The notes under the pieces were generated by a model. It was not told the DNA's origin. It did not search any database and worked only from the letters and a program-made list of their open reading frames with translations. The translations under genes were made by a program, and so were the position numbers. This document shows, piece by piece, positions 49,649 through 62,721 of a stretch of DNA of 64,000 nt. Every line of letters starts with the position of its first letter. Position 1 is the first letter of the stretch. The stretch spans positions 62,001-126,000 of the forward strand of contig MU619279.1 in the NCBI GenBank assembly GCA_025201805.1, read 5' to 3'. Source of the stretch: Parasitella parasitica NRRL 2501. Its lineage: Eukaryota > Fungi > Mucoromycota.

Positions 49649-51087
49649 TTAGGTTAGGGGCGTTCTTGTGGAACGCTCGCCTATCAGAGACGAAATAGAT
49701 GGAAGGCCTTGCTGCTGTAGCCGCTGCTGCTGAGATGGGTAATACGACGAGGAATCAGGGTGTGTGGGTTCATTATCATGACTATTGTTACTGGACGAGG
49801 GAGACAAAGACACGGAAGGCAAAAAATGCGTTGCTACATAGGGTGGTTTTGGCGATGACGCTGACATTGGCGAAAACTCCATCTGTTGCTGTGGCCCGTT
49901 GCCGTTGCCGTTTCCGTGATTATTCGATTCTGCTTGATTCTGCGAATTCGGTCGTAACAAGCGCTGCACTACAGAGGCTAAATGAATACATGTAAAAAGA
50001 AAGCGACTACACATCAACAACACGTACACGAATGCTGAAAATAGCTATCTTGCGCCAATTCTGGGTCTATAGCAAAAATGTATACGGACTTGATGTTAGT
50101 TTTTCAATGAAGCCAAGGTAGTCTATTTGTGCCAACCTTTGCTTATGGTACATTGCAGATATTGAACAAGCGAGTTTATCGACTACAAGAAGGAAATGAT
50201 AAGTTGATGATACACTGCAAATGTCTCCTTTGCTTACGTTTTGCTGAGAGGTTTGTATTGCTCGTAACTGCGCAGTTTCACTATCTAGTTCTTGGCATCT
50301 TTGATCTAGCTGCAAAATCTTTTGGCCCAGGCTTTCGAGCTGTGAATGATAACTCGGAGCGTCTTGCGCTGAGGATATGGCTGGTTGCTGTCCTTGCGCA
50401 GATGAGCCTTGTTTCACACTTGAGTCCTTTGGCTTGGTTTTTTTGTTCTGCAGCGATGTCAATGAAAGGCGAGAAGGAGGAGAGGGAGGAGAGGGAGGAG
50501 AGGGAGGAGAGGGAGGCGGGGGTGGCGAGGGGGACAATGAGGTTTGCTGTTGATTGTTGGGGCGACTTGCATGTCTACTTATATCACATAGTTTCTCTGG
50601 TGCATCTTTCCTAAAACTACCGTGTTTGAACTGCCAAACTGTCCTTTTCTCTGACGATTCGTCGTATGCCAAGTTGAGCTGGTACACTTTTCTAAATCCA
50701 TACACTTTTCGTTGATGAGTGTGAGTTTATCTTTTTTCTTTTTTTTTTCTTTTCTTTTCTTTTGTTCTAGAAAAAAATTTATATAAATTTGCTTACAGTT
50801 TAGCTGTCTAACAAAACTTTGCCAATTACTGTGCTTAAAGAATCGAGGCAGGATATTCTGCGAGAAGGCTGCAGCGTTTGGGATGCAAATAACCTGGCCA
50901 TGGTCAACCCAAAATATGTAGTCTTGGCTTGCAGAATCAGATAAAAGACTAGAGTAGCAGGGGAATAATAAAAATAAAAATCATTACATCACGTTTTTTA
51001 CAGACTATCACTTTGCGCTTACAACCACAATTTCTTTACAAATGTCGGTAAGGGTCTTCTTTGTAATGGTCCCTCATAGCTCATCAT
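49649..51087 (-). CDS. HSF-type DNA-binding transcription factor, multi-exon
   Basis: PTFVKKLW, ILPRFFKHSNWQSFVRQLN|LYGFRKV and WQFKHGSF, followed by (SPP)n repeats, a coiled coil and C-terminal LPSISSL. Confidence 0.9.
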
Positions 51088-51214
51088 GTTGAAATTGATT
51101 CCAATCGACAAAAATGGAAGAAAAAGAAAAGAAGAAAAAAAAAAAAATGTCTCTTTGACTGAATGGAAAATAGACCATGCTTAGCCAATTAGACGCCTGA
51201 TTCTCGTACGTAGA

Positions 51215-53358
51215 CTACAGCTCTTTCTTTATGTATTCAGCTTTTTCTAGTCTTTGCTGGATGATATCTAGTTGATTGACAATGTCCTGGTCTCTATCAA
51301 ACATCTTCAAAACTCGCTTGGAGACGTCTCTCACCAAATTGCTGGCTGCGCGTGTCCAAAAGCCTGTGAAACCACATTCGTGTATACAAAAGAGACATGT
51401 TGCCAACCTATCCGCTGAGCTGGTAGACATGTCCAAAAAAGTAGTTTTTGTGAATGTTTGTTCGCTTTCCTCCTGCTGACGGATGTCTGTGCTGAAGGGC
51501 CTAAATAAGAGGATTTTGACCATGTTGTGGATCATGTGCATGTGCATCTTGAGCCCTGCCCTTGCTTGCTGTCCAGCTGCATCCAGGTCTGTATTCCATT
51601 TTGCCCAATCAGGCAGCTCATGCTCCCACAACTCGACGTCTCGCACCAGCGTCAGTACTTCGTCCACGTCAATCTTTCGCACATTGGTCTCGTTTTCTCC
51701 CTGCACCAGCGACCTCTCTTCATCCACTTGGTAAAACAGAGAAACCACCTTGCTCAGCAGTGACATTAACCGCGCTTCCAGCACAATACCAGCTTCTCTA
51801 AACGACCCATCCCAGCGACCCGGCTCTCTCATTTGGATGGCTGCTTTCCATAGCTCTGCTGATCCCTCGCCTCGAAGCTGCGGACGTCTGAACCGAAAGG
51901 TGGCAGAATACACATCCAGATACAGCAGCGCAGCAATCAAAATCTGCCATGCTGGCTCTTCGCTTTTCCAGTCGCAGGCGCATAGTATCCGGAGCGAGAT
52001 GTTCACTATAGTATCGGCTTTGAACTCGTCAGAGGCCAGTTCAGCATCTATCCACGCGAGCAAAATGCCGCAAAGAATGACTGGATACGGATCTACTTGA
52101 TCCCCCTTCAAAAGGATTACGTCCATCAGGAGCATGGTGGCATATTCTGCACAACTACGCCAGCTTGTTGTCGGTAGTGGAGGAGACGTCGCATTTGGGA
52201 GTGCAGGCATTAATGTGACGGAAACAACGTACGCTGTCAAAATGCAGATTTGCACCATAGCGTCTGCTGTGTTCAGCGGATGATTGGGCTGCGGTTGGTG
52301 GGGAGCATGGCCTGGAAGATACATTTTAAGCTGCTGCATCAGGATGACAAGGTGGTGTGGTGCAGTACACGCCATGTCTCTGTCTAACCATCTATAGCGC
52401 ATATCCAAATGCTTCATCATGTGAGCAAGATGCGCTCGAATTAAGGTAGCAAGTGTGTCGGCATCATTGGGCACTCGACACATCTCGCCACGAGAGGGTG
52501 GTGCTTCTTGCTTTATAGTGGACAGGATGTTGTCTGGTGAGTTTGGTGTGGCATTGAACAGCAGAGAGCGAGTCGAGAATACAGGCACAGTGACTAAATA
52601 TTCATCTTCAGCAAGCTCCTCGTCCTCAGAATCTTCAAAGTATCCCTCTGCATCCGGGTCCCACTGCTTGGGCAAGTAATTGGGGCCAAAATCGCGCATT
52701 ATCTGACGAGAGAGTGTCTTTGCAAACTCATTGAATTCGCTTAGATTGCGAGTGACAGCATGGATGGATAATCCGTCGGGGGTCAGTGACATGGACCAAC
52801 CTGAGGGTTCCTCGGTGGATATGTCTTCAGGCTCCTCTTGCTTTACTAGTTTTTGACGTTTACTGCTGTTGTCAAAGTTTGCCGTCTGGCTGTGAGACAA
52901 CGGATAATCTGCTCCTGATTCTATGCAAGGATCTGGCTCCTGGCCTTTCTCGGATATTGTGTCGTTCATGTCTTCGTCCATGGATTGCATGTATTTGACA
53001 AGGAATTCGCCCTCCAGCTCACGCAGGGTGTCGTATAATGTGAGTACCTTTTGTGATAAGTCTGTTAGGTTGGGTGGTGCATCTGGATATTCACACTACC
53101 AAAAAAGGTTATCAGATGCTGCTGCTTCATTCAATTGCGACGGTAATTAGCGTTACGTACAGGCTGATTTGATCGAGCACAGCGAGTGCAGTTTGGTCGA
53201 GTTTTTGAGCACCTAGGGACAAACAGAAATTCAATATCAAACGCAACATTGAAAGGGCTCGTCACTTACTTTGCCTTCTTCTTTCTGCATCTTAAACAAC
53301 TCAAGTCTTTATTCGCAGAGGTTGAGGGTATCGAAGACTTTGCTGTTTTACCTGCCAT
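51215..53358 (-). CDS. Zn(II)2Cys6 fungal transcription factor, 3 exons
   Basis: Spliced product SCLRCRKKKAK|CSKTRPNCTRCARSNQP|CEYP, with a fungal TF-type C-terminal region (LELWEHELP-like and ILLFRPF). Confidence 0.92.
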
Positions 53359-53979
53359 ATTTATTTGTGTTGTTGTTTAGTAAGAAAAACTTTCAGTAAC
53401 TGTTTATTTTACCCGGAAGCATTTAACCAACATCCCTAATTAGCTGGTTTCAATACCCGAATGACGTCTCTGAGAGAGGCTGCTGCTGCTCGTACACAGC
53501 GGATCGGTTGATCTCATCATAACATAATATGGATCAGATTAGAAGGAGAGGTATTTATGAGTCATCAATTCACTGAATCAGGGCTGACTCCAAGGCTATT
53601 TGTATATTCGATGCATTTATTTGTATATATTAAATCGTTACATGTGTATGAATATAGCAACACCGGCAAACGAACCGATGCTCAATGCCACTCAAGTAAC
53701 CCTTTTTTTAACTAGTAGATCCACATAGTATTAATAATGATGCCATGAAATTATTATAATCCACGTTTATTTCCTAACCTTATGTAATATGTTACTCCAC
53801 AGTTCGATTTGCTATAAAATTAATTGATATTTTTAAACAAAAAAAAACAAAAAAAAAAATAGTATTTTACTATACTATACCTACGAACTATCAAACGTAC
53901 ATATCCTCAAAAATTACTCTCTACATTGTATCTTTTTTTTTTTTCTTTCTTCTTTTCTGAAATCACTAATAAAGTTAAT

Positions 53980-55933
53980 ATGCCAATTTCTCATAAAAAG
54001 AACCTCTCCTCGAGCTATTATGATGCTGGATCATTCTCAAGCGTAGCATCGCAAGCAACATTGACAGAGATGCCGATAAGGTCAAGCAGCAACCAAACAA
54101 TAAATCGACTCACTCGACAGCAAACTAATGAATCTGTTGCGGTGCCTCCTGCTGTAGCCGCAATAGGATCGGCAATGGATGCACCATTGCCATTCAGACC
54201 TTCTCTTTGGCGAGCAAACACTGTCAATTCAAGAGCTCCTGACCTGGAGAGAGGAGCAAGCATAAAGTCGAATTATTTCCACAAGATTGACCGAGTATCG
54301 TCAACCAAGTCAAACCATCATAACTCAACCACGCCAGGCGCAGCCTACCAGACGGATCTGAAGAGAGACAACAGCATCGCTACAGCCATTAGCATGCGAC
54401 GAGCGGACATTATGGTTTCCAGAGACAATCCGCAACATTTGCACCAGCATCGAATCAGTGGCGTTAGGAACGACGATGAAGAGGCTACAATTCATGCAGA
54501 TTTAAACGATTTCCCTGATCAGCACAGCACTCACGACGTAGTGCCTTGTGTCAAAGACCAGCTACTGTATGAAAAAAAAAAGAGTATTATCATTCTACTG
54601 GGCCGACTGCTCTTAAAGTGCGGATGTCCATGTCACAGAGTGGACGAAACCCTTCAGCACACTTCAAAGCTGCTTGAACTAGACACCTCCTTTTCGTTTC
54701 TGCCTGATTCTGTTCTCATTACGTTTACAGATGGCGATGAGACTCAGTCTATCATGGTCAAATCTCCTCAAGGTTTCGACAACGGTAAAATAGCAAAAAT
54801 CAATGATATCATGAACTTTTTCCAGCGAGGTGAGATCGATCTAGATCGTTGTCTCGTACTGCTGCATGACGTTGCAACAGCTCCTCCGACATGTGGAGTG
54901 TGGTCTACAGTCGCCTTCTTTACGCTGAGCAGCTTTACTGCCTCAGCCATGATGTTTGGAGGTACCTGGGTCGATGCTTCTATTAGTGGCTGTCTGGGGC
55001 TGCTGGTTGCGATACTGTATATCCTGTCTGCTCATTTCCCCATCTATGCCAGAGTGTTTGAAATATCCGCATCTGTTGTTGTAGCTATCGTTACGAGAGC
55101 TCTGCATAAATACTGCTGCTTTACAAGCGTTGTCTTGTCTTCCATCCTCATCTTGTTGCCAGGCTACACAATGACAGTTGGTGTGGTAAGTCGTGCTGAA
55201 TGGTATATGCATTGCATCTTTGCACATATTTATCAAATGCCTTTCCTACGTAGATCGAGTTGTCCGCAAGACATGTAACAACGGGTATTGTTCGGCTTGT
55301 CTATGCTGTTTTTTATGCATTTCAGTTAGCCTATGGATTACAAGTTGGAAGCAGTGTGTACAATGCCATTGATCCAAGTGCTCCAGAAGACGGTCTCTGC
55401 GGACAGCCATTCGTCTCTCCTTGGTTTTACATTTTGCTCTTGCCCATTCTCAGCATTTCAATTGCACTATCCTACGGATCTTCTCGAAAGCAATGGATAT
55501 CGCAGACTCTTTCGGCCACAATCGCCTTTTGCTTGACTTACTTTTTAGGTAAAGTCATCCCTGATAGCCAAATAGTAGGCAGCATTGCTGCGTTTGCCAT
55601 AGGCCTCTATTCCAATTTTGCTCTCAAGGTGACCGGCGAGCCACCGTTAGCGCCTCTCTGTGTTGGTGTCACTTTGCTGGTGCCTGGAAGTATAGGTAAG
55701 AAATACTTGGTTTATATCGAAATACTTTTTTTTATATATACGTTCTTGAACCTAACTCATTAAATTCAGGTGTTCGAGGTGCTTATTCTGTATTACATCA
55801 GACTGATTTAGGCCAAAGCAATTTTCCAATGCAAATGCTAACCATCGCGTTGGGTCTTTCGGCTGGTTTATTCGCTGCTGCCATGATCGTCTATCCCGCC
55901 GGTAAAAAGAGATCGATGTACATTTCGTTATAA
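53980..55933 (+). CDS. ThrE/PRM10-like (DUF1212) membrane exporter, 3 exons
   Basis: LGRLLLKCGCPCHRVDE, MFGGTWVD, ILILLPGYTMTVGV|IELSARHVTTGIVRLVYA and LLVPGSIG. Confidence 0.9.
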
Positions 55934-56247
55934 AATGTACGTTGTTTTTTTCGTACATGTAATAGTATCGACCTTCCTCCTCTCCTTCACCTTTTTTTTT
56001 TTTTTTTGTTGACGATAAATGAAACCTTTGCTGTTTCTTTGATCCGTGATGAAAAATGCATAATTCGTCATGAATGTTCGTAGTAGATTATTACTGTTAT
56101 TTTCTGTATTTCTGTTCACTCGATAAAGAGGATGGCAATCGTATGCATCATCTGATTTCCATCACGTCAAATGATGGCATAAACAACTAGTGTGCGTAGT
56201 TGGCATGCTAGCGTGCAAACAACGCAAAATCTATTTTATTTAAAACA

Positions 56248-57250
56248 CTAATCCGACGAACTACTGCCATCATCGTCATAAGTTGCAAGTAATGACAAAG
56301 CGTTCCCAGACTTGGGGGCTTCCTTCTTTTGCTTTTTCACTACAACTATAGGACTCGCTGTCACTGGTTGCTTCCGTTTCTTCAAGATCGCCGCTGGTTT
56401 GAAAGAGGGTATATCTTTGGCTGATTGGCCCACTAATAATATAGCGTCTGGTTCAGCTTCTGTTAACTTTCGCACTTGTTCTCCATCTGCGCTTTCAAAA
56501 ATTGCCTTTGCCTGTCTTTCATCCTCTTCCTCTTCTATTTTCATGCGTTCGGTGATGACCACCTTGTCTTCGGCAGAAAAACGATCCAACACCTCGTCTA
56601 CATCCAGTCGTTCTGATCTCGCATTTCGAGTACGAATCTCATCCAGTGCATCCATGATATCCATTTCTCTCTTTGAATCTAGTGTGCGGCTTTCCAAGGA
56701 CTTCATGGGATCATCTGGCTCATCGTCAGATCCAGATTCAGGATCTTCCTCACCACGCCACGGCTCAAAGTTTCTGCTGGCTCCATTTTCAGCCACGTAA
56801 TCTGTGTTCTTGGGATCTGTCTTGAAGGTGATTTCTGCAGAGCAACGGGGACATCTACGCTCAAAGTGGTCGGATACTGAGCAATCCATGGTCTTTTTGA
56901 TTTTTTGATTTTTTTTTCTTTCTCTTTCTTACCTTATGTAAAATCGAAAGATTTTGATATTGAGATACATTTCGCCCTCCACTGTTTCCTTTCTCGCGTT
57001 AAACTTCTTTCCCTTGTAAATGTATTCACCACAACTCTCGCAGCGCATTGAAAAAGGAGACATCAGACGAACCTTGTGCTGTAAATCTTTGGGCTTTTTT
57101 CTAAGATGCAATGCATTAGCTGATTATCACTATATTTGCTTTTTTTTTTTTTTTTTTTTTTTCGATTCACAATGTTACTTACTGCCTTGGGATGTTTGAT
57201 GGATCGAAATTGGGAGGAAAGTATTTGTTTAAAACCTTACGTTCAGACAT
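56248..57250 (-). CDS. YJU2: Splicing factor Yju2/CCDC94, 3 exons
   Basis: [47 protein letters not shown] and [19 protein letters not shown]. Confidence 0.96.
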
Positions 57251-57617
57251 GGCGTTTAATATATAACAACAATTATAAGAAAAAGAAGAAGAAGAAGAAA
57301 AAAAAAAATACTGATTTGGTAAAGCTGCGGGCCTCTTCTACACTGTCTGTGAGAGTCACTGCTGTCTGTGTCTGTGGACTTGACGGCACGCACAGAGCTG
57401 CCAACAGCTACTGTTTACTACCAAGTCTAATCAATTCTAGATATGTTGATCGCAACATATGAACTGATGGATGGCTGCTCTTAGTTTGCTGGGTGACCAA
57501 GTCTGATAATGAGCGAGTTCTCATGTTACTTGATCAAGCTGCTTTTTTTTTGTTCTTTATTGCTTTCAGATATATACTCAAACAGTACAGTCATAATAAG
57601 AGACTCTACCGATAGCT

Positions 57618-58118
57618 TCATGCCTGTCTTCTGATGTCCATTCTTGCCATACTAGCATCAATCTTCAAATTGTTAAATTCCTCATGCAACAATGATATTA
57701 GTTCCCGAGATCGCTTTAGCTCTTTCTCTGTCTCGCTATATCTAACAGCCAAAGCCGTATAGTCACTACGCTGGCTCTTTAATGATCTGATCTCTGCAGC
57801 CGCAGCATTTATTTGGCTCTTGAGGAGTCTGGCATCCTTTTCATCCGAATCGTCAGTCGAGAGATACATTTTGATGAATTGCTCTTGTTGCGTGCTTCCA
57901 AATATATCCTGCTTACACTGAGGACATCTTTTGTTTATTTGCATGCAATGCAGAATACTTTGAATTTTAAAGTGATATTTTAGTCGAGTGCAAGTACATG
58001 TACTGTATAGCCATTTCATATCTTACCAGGTGAGGTCAAACACGTGCCCACAGACGGCTAAAGCAACAGCCTCATGCTTACCAATTGGGCTTAAACAGAT
58101 ACTGCAGATGATTTGCAT
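57618..58118 (-). CDS. Small RING-finger plus coiled-coil protein (TRAIP-like layout); 3' end uncertain
   Basis: MQIICSICLSP...AVCGHVFDLTC|ILHCMQINKRCPQCK followed by a heptad-rich segment; one intron at about 57958-58026. Confidence 0.75.
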
Positions 58119-59044
58119 TAGTACTTTGGTATGCAAGTATCTCAGTCTTTGTGAAAGAAAGAGAAAAGAAGAAGAAAGAGCACCGCTTTTATGCACATGC
58201 TACGATTAATTTGGCATTTACACAGTATTTGGTATACGTCTTATGAAATCGTTATATCATCTTGCTTCTTAGAGCCGTTAATCTATCATTTTAAGAACAT
58301 GCTTGTTTCATAAGCTTTAGGTATGACTAAATCTGGCAAAGATACAAGGCGGTATGATATATCAAATGCGCAGGTCAAACAATCTTTCAATGTCATCTTT
58401 GGCAAAGAATGTATTATTATCCAGCTTGTTATTATTATTATTATTTTCAGTCTGCTCATGTTGTAATTGATAAAGTATTCGCTGTATTGAAGCTTATCTC
58501 AAGGTCTCCAATGACCAAACGTTTGATGTAGTATTCATAATCAATCGGGAAAAGTTTTATAAAGCCTTGAAGATTCATAGAAATAGTGCTTTAATTTTTG
58601 AGATTTTAGCAATTTTTAATTCAACGCGCATTAGCACGAAAAGTACCAAATGCAGGTGGTTAGATGCTGTTTGTAGACCCACGCCCTTTTCACGCTTCAG
58701 TCTTGTGGCACAGGGCTTGAGTTTAAGCCTTCTTCTTTCTTGTAGCAAAGGCAGCGAGAATATCCACTTGAATGCCATTCAATCTCAAAGTCCGTGGATT
58801 TACATTCGCTGGAACTTGATCATGATGGCAGCGTGCCATCCAAAGGTCGAGATCAAGCTACAACTAAAAGATCATCTTGAAATGGACTGTCTTTTGGATG
58901 CTGCAATGAGGTATAGATCTTTTTGATGCATTTTAATGCTTTTCTTCGGCTAATCAAACAACATCTTTACACACTCCCCGGGCTTCCATCAATTGTCACA
59001 CACACACACACACACACGCACGCACGACCAATTTGTTTTAAATA

Positions 59045-62000
59045 ATGCTGTCAGCCCTCTCGCCTTCACGTTTTGTTTCTTTGTCTTTATTCAAACGCTC
59101 GTACAGCAAAATGACTGCAACACTTATCGATGGAAAGGCTATTGCTCAGTAAAGTATATTCGATGCGCGGGGGGGGAGGAGGGGCTCCTAATTTGACATG
59201 TCTTTAATGTATGCCCTAGGACTGTTCGCAACGAAACCAAAGAGAAAATCCTTGGCATCAAGGCAAAGTACCCCCACTTTAACCCTCACTTGGCCATGAT
59301 TCAAGTCGGTGCCCGAGAAGATTCCTCAATTTACGTGAAAATGAAAGACAAGGCTGCCAAAGAGGTAAATTAAGCGTGCTCATGACTCTGCCGCCGTGTT
59401 GGTTGAATGTCGCATTTTCTTTTTCGTTTAGGTTGGTATCTCCATCACGATGGAAAACTTACCCGAATCAATCAGCCAAAGCGAGCTTTTGAGAAAGGTC
59501 AAGCAGCTTAACAATGATTACAAAATTCACGGTATTCTCGTCCAAATGCCGTTGCCTCCTCACATTGATGAAGCTGCTATCATCGAAGCTATTGACTTTC
59601 AAAAGGACGTAGACGGGTATGCTTTAAATTTCAGGGCAAAAGGACATCAGTAAACTAACAATCCATATGCAGTTTCCATGCCATCAATATTGGCAACATG
59701 GCAAAGAAGGGAGGCCAACCTCTTTTCCTGCCCTGTACTCCCAAGGGCATCATCCATTTGTTGAAATCTACAGGCATCGCTATCGCTGGCAAGCAGGCAG
59801 CTGTTGTTGGCCGCAGTGATATTGTTGGTGCCCCTGTTGCAACTCTATTAACAGCGGAGCATGCTACTGTTACACTCTGCCACTCTAAAACTCCTGACAT
59901 TGAAGCTATCGTATGTATATAGTAGTACCGCTTTCCCCTCCCCACACACACACACACATGCGAATTATACAGGTTTTTAAGCATAGCGTAGGTTAAATCG
60001 GCTGATATTGTTGTCGCTGCTGCTGGCAAGACCGAACTGATCAAGGGAAATTGGATCAAAGAAGGAGCCGTTGTTATTGATGTCGGAACAAACGCTGTTG
60101 AAGGTAAAGCAATTTGGTCAAAAGTTTGTTGTAAAAAGTTTCTAAGCGAAAACAGATGCCACCAAGAAATCTGGTATTCGCTGGGTGGGTGATGTTGAGT
60201 TTGCAAAGGCAAAAGAAGCAGCTTCCTTTATCACTCCTGTTCCTGGAGGCGTTGGCCCTATGACAGTTGCCATGTTGATGCAAAATACCGCTATTAGCGC
60301 TGAACGCTGGCTAACTTTGAGCCGTAAGCGCGATATTTCTGCACTCGAACTGGATTTGAAGGTGCCTGTTCCTTCCGACATTGAAATTGCAAAGGCTCAA
60401 ACACCCAAGCACATTGACGAACTTTGCAAGGAAATTGGTTTAAGTGCTAGCGAGGTATGTTGCAGCTTGGACAACAACGAGCATGTTTGGAACTGACAGA
60501 AGCCCTAGTATGAGCTTTATGGCACAGCCAAAGCAAAAATCAACCTTGATGTCTTGAGCAGACTTGACCATCGTAAAGATGGTCGCTACATTGTAGTAAC
60601 AGGGTATGTCCATTCACATAGCATCATCGAGCTTTAACTTACTCTCGGATGCGTAGTATCACTCCAACACCCCTTGGCGAAGGTAAATCCACTACTACTA
60701 TTGGCCTTGTTCAAGCTCTCGGCGCTCACTTGAAAAAGGCAGCTTTTGCTTGCGTTCGCCAACCTTCTCAGGGCCCTACATTCGGCATCAAGGGCGGTGC
60801 TGCTGGTGGTGGTTACTCACAGGTCATCCCCATGGATGAGTTCAATCTCCACATGACAGGCGATCTTCATGCTGTTACTGCCGCCAACAATCTGATGGCT
60901 GCTGCTATTGACGCTCGAATTTTCCATGAAAACACCCAAACTGACAAGGCCTTGTTCAACCGTTTGTGTCCTGCAAAGAACGGTGTTCGCAAGTTCGCAC
61001 CTGTCATGATGAAACGACTTGAAAAGCTGGGCATTACCAAGACTAACCCTGCTGATTTGGACTCAGAGGAAATCGCCCGTTTTGCACGTTTGGATGTTGA
61101 TCTGAATAGCATCACCTGGCAGAGAGTAGTTGATGTGAATGATCGCTTCTTGCGCAAGATTACTATCGGTCAGGCTCCTACAGAGAAGGGCATGGAACGC
61201 CAAACTGGCTTTGACATTACTGTTGCTAGTGAAGTCATGGCCATCCTCGCTTTGGCTACTGACTTGAAGGACATGCGTGAGAGATTAGGTAATATGGTAG
61301 TCGCGTCTTCTAAAGCCGGTGAGCCCATTACAGCCGATGATTTCGGTATCGGTGGTGCCTTGACAGTTTTAATGAAGGACGCCATCAAACCAAACTTGAT
61401 GCAAACTCTTGAGGGCACTCCTACTATTGTGCATGCGTAAGTTCTAATACGCTATACAGAAACACCCTATTAATTCGTGTATTGCCGAAATAGTGGTCCC
61501 TTTGCTAACATTGCCCACGGCAACTCTTCTATTTTGGCTGATAAAATTGCACTCAAATTGGCCGGTTCTGACGGTGATGATATGGAGCCTGGTTATGTTG
61601 TTACAGAAGCCGGCTTTGGCGCTGATATGGGTATGGAGAAATTCTTTGATATCAAGTGTCGTGTTTCTGGTTTACAGCCTAACGCGGTTGTCATTGTTGC
61701 AACTGTCAGAGCCCTTAAGACACATGGCGATGGTCCTGAAATTACTGCTGGCAAGCCTTTACCCGAGGCCTACATCGGCGAGAATTTAGAATTGTTGGAA
61801 AAGGGCTGTTGTAATTTAGTCAAGCATATTCAGAATGCTAAAAAGTTTGGTGTTCCTGTCCTTGTTGCCGTTAATCGTTTCACGTAAGTCAATCATATGT
61901 CAGTTTCTCGTACGAAACTTCGTCTCATTTGCTCGTTCATAGTAATGATACTGATGCCGAGATGGAACTTGTCCGTGATCTTTCGTTGAAAGCTGGTGCT

Positions 62001-62468
62001 TTTGATGCAGTTGCTTGCGATCATTGGGCTCGTGGTGGTGCCGGTGCCATTGACCTTGGTAACGCTGTAATCAAGGCATGTGAGGAGCCTACAAACTTCA
62101 AGTTTTTGTATGAGCTTGATCTGCCCATCGAAAAGAAGATCGAGGCCATCTGTCGCGATATTTATGGGGCTGATGGTGTTGACTTTAGCGATTTAGCCAA
62201 GGAGAAGATGGAAACTTATACCCGCCAAGGTTTTGCCTCTCTGCCCATTTGTATGGCCAAAACGCAATACAGCTTCAGTCATGATGCCGCTCTCAAGGGT
62301 GTCCCCACTAATTTCACTGTTCCCATCCGTGACATTCGTGCCTCCGTTGGTGCTGGTTTTCTTTATCCTTTGGTCGGCACTATGCAAACTATGCCTGGCT
62401 TGCCTACTCGCCCCTGCTTCTTTGATGTTGATTTGGATGACGATGGTGAGGTTGTCGGCCTCTTCTAA
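59045..62468 (+). CDS. ADE3: Trifunctional C1-tetrahydrofolate synthase; alternative starts at 59045 and 59111
   Basis: [17 protein letters not shown]|[62 protein letters not shown] and TMPGLPTRP. Confidence 0.97.
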
Positions 62469-62721
62469 ACAAATAAATAGTAAATCAATCTTGTCGAAAC
62501 AAGATATTTTTTGTAATTTAAAATCAATACTCTATACAAAGCGTAACCACTGAACCGTTGAAAACGAATGTTCTTTTGGGGGTGGGAGGGGGGGGGGTTA
62601 CGTTCAAGTATCGCTGTAGTTGACTGAGACACATTCAGATATAACAATAGGAGTTGGCGCGATTGACAACTGAGTTCAAAGGCTCTTTTCTTCCCTTCGA
62701 AACTTTTTCACTCGAAACTTG

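Noticed and set aside
50470-50530. GGAGAGGGA tandem repeat and the plus-strand ORF 50129-50614
   Set aside because: The repeat simply encodes the (SPP)n linker of the minus-strand HSF protein.
56046-56155. Possible C/D snoRNA (GTGATGA ... CTGA) between the PRM10-like gene and YJU2
   Set aside because: There is no terminal stem and no recognisable rRNA antisense element; these short boxes occur by chance.
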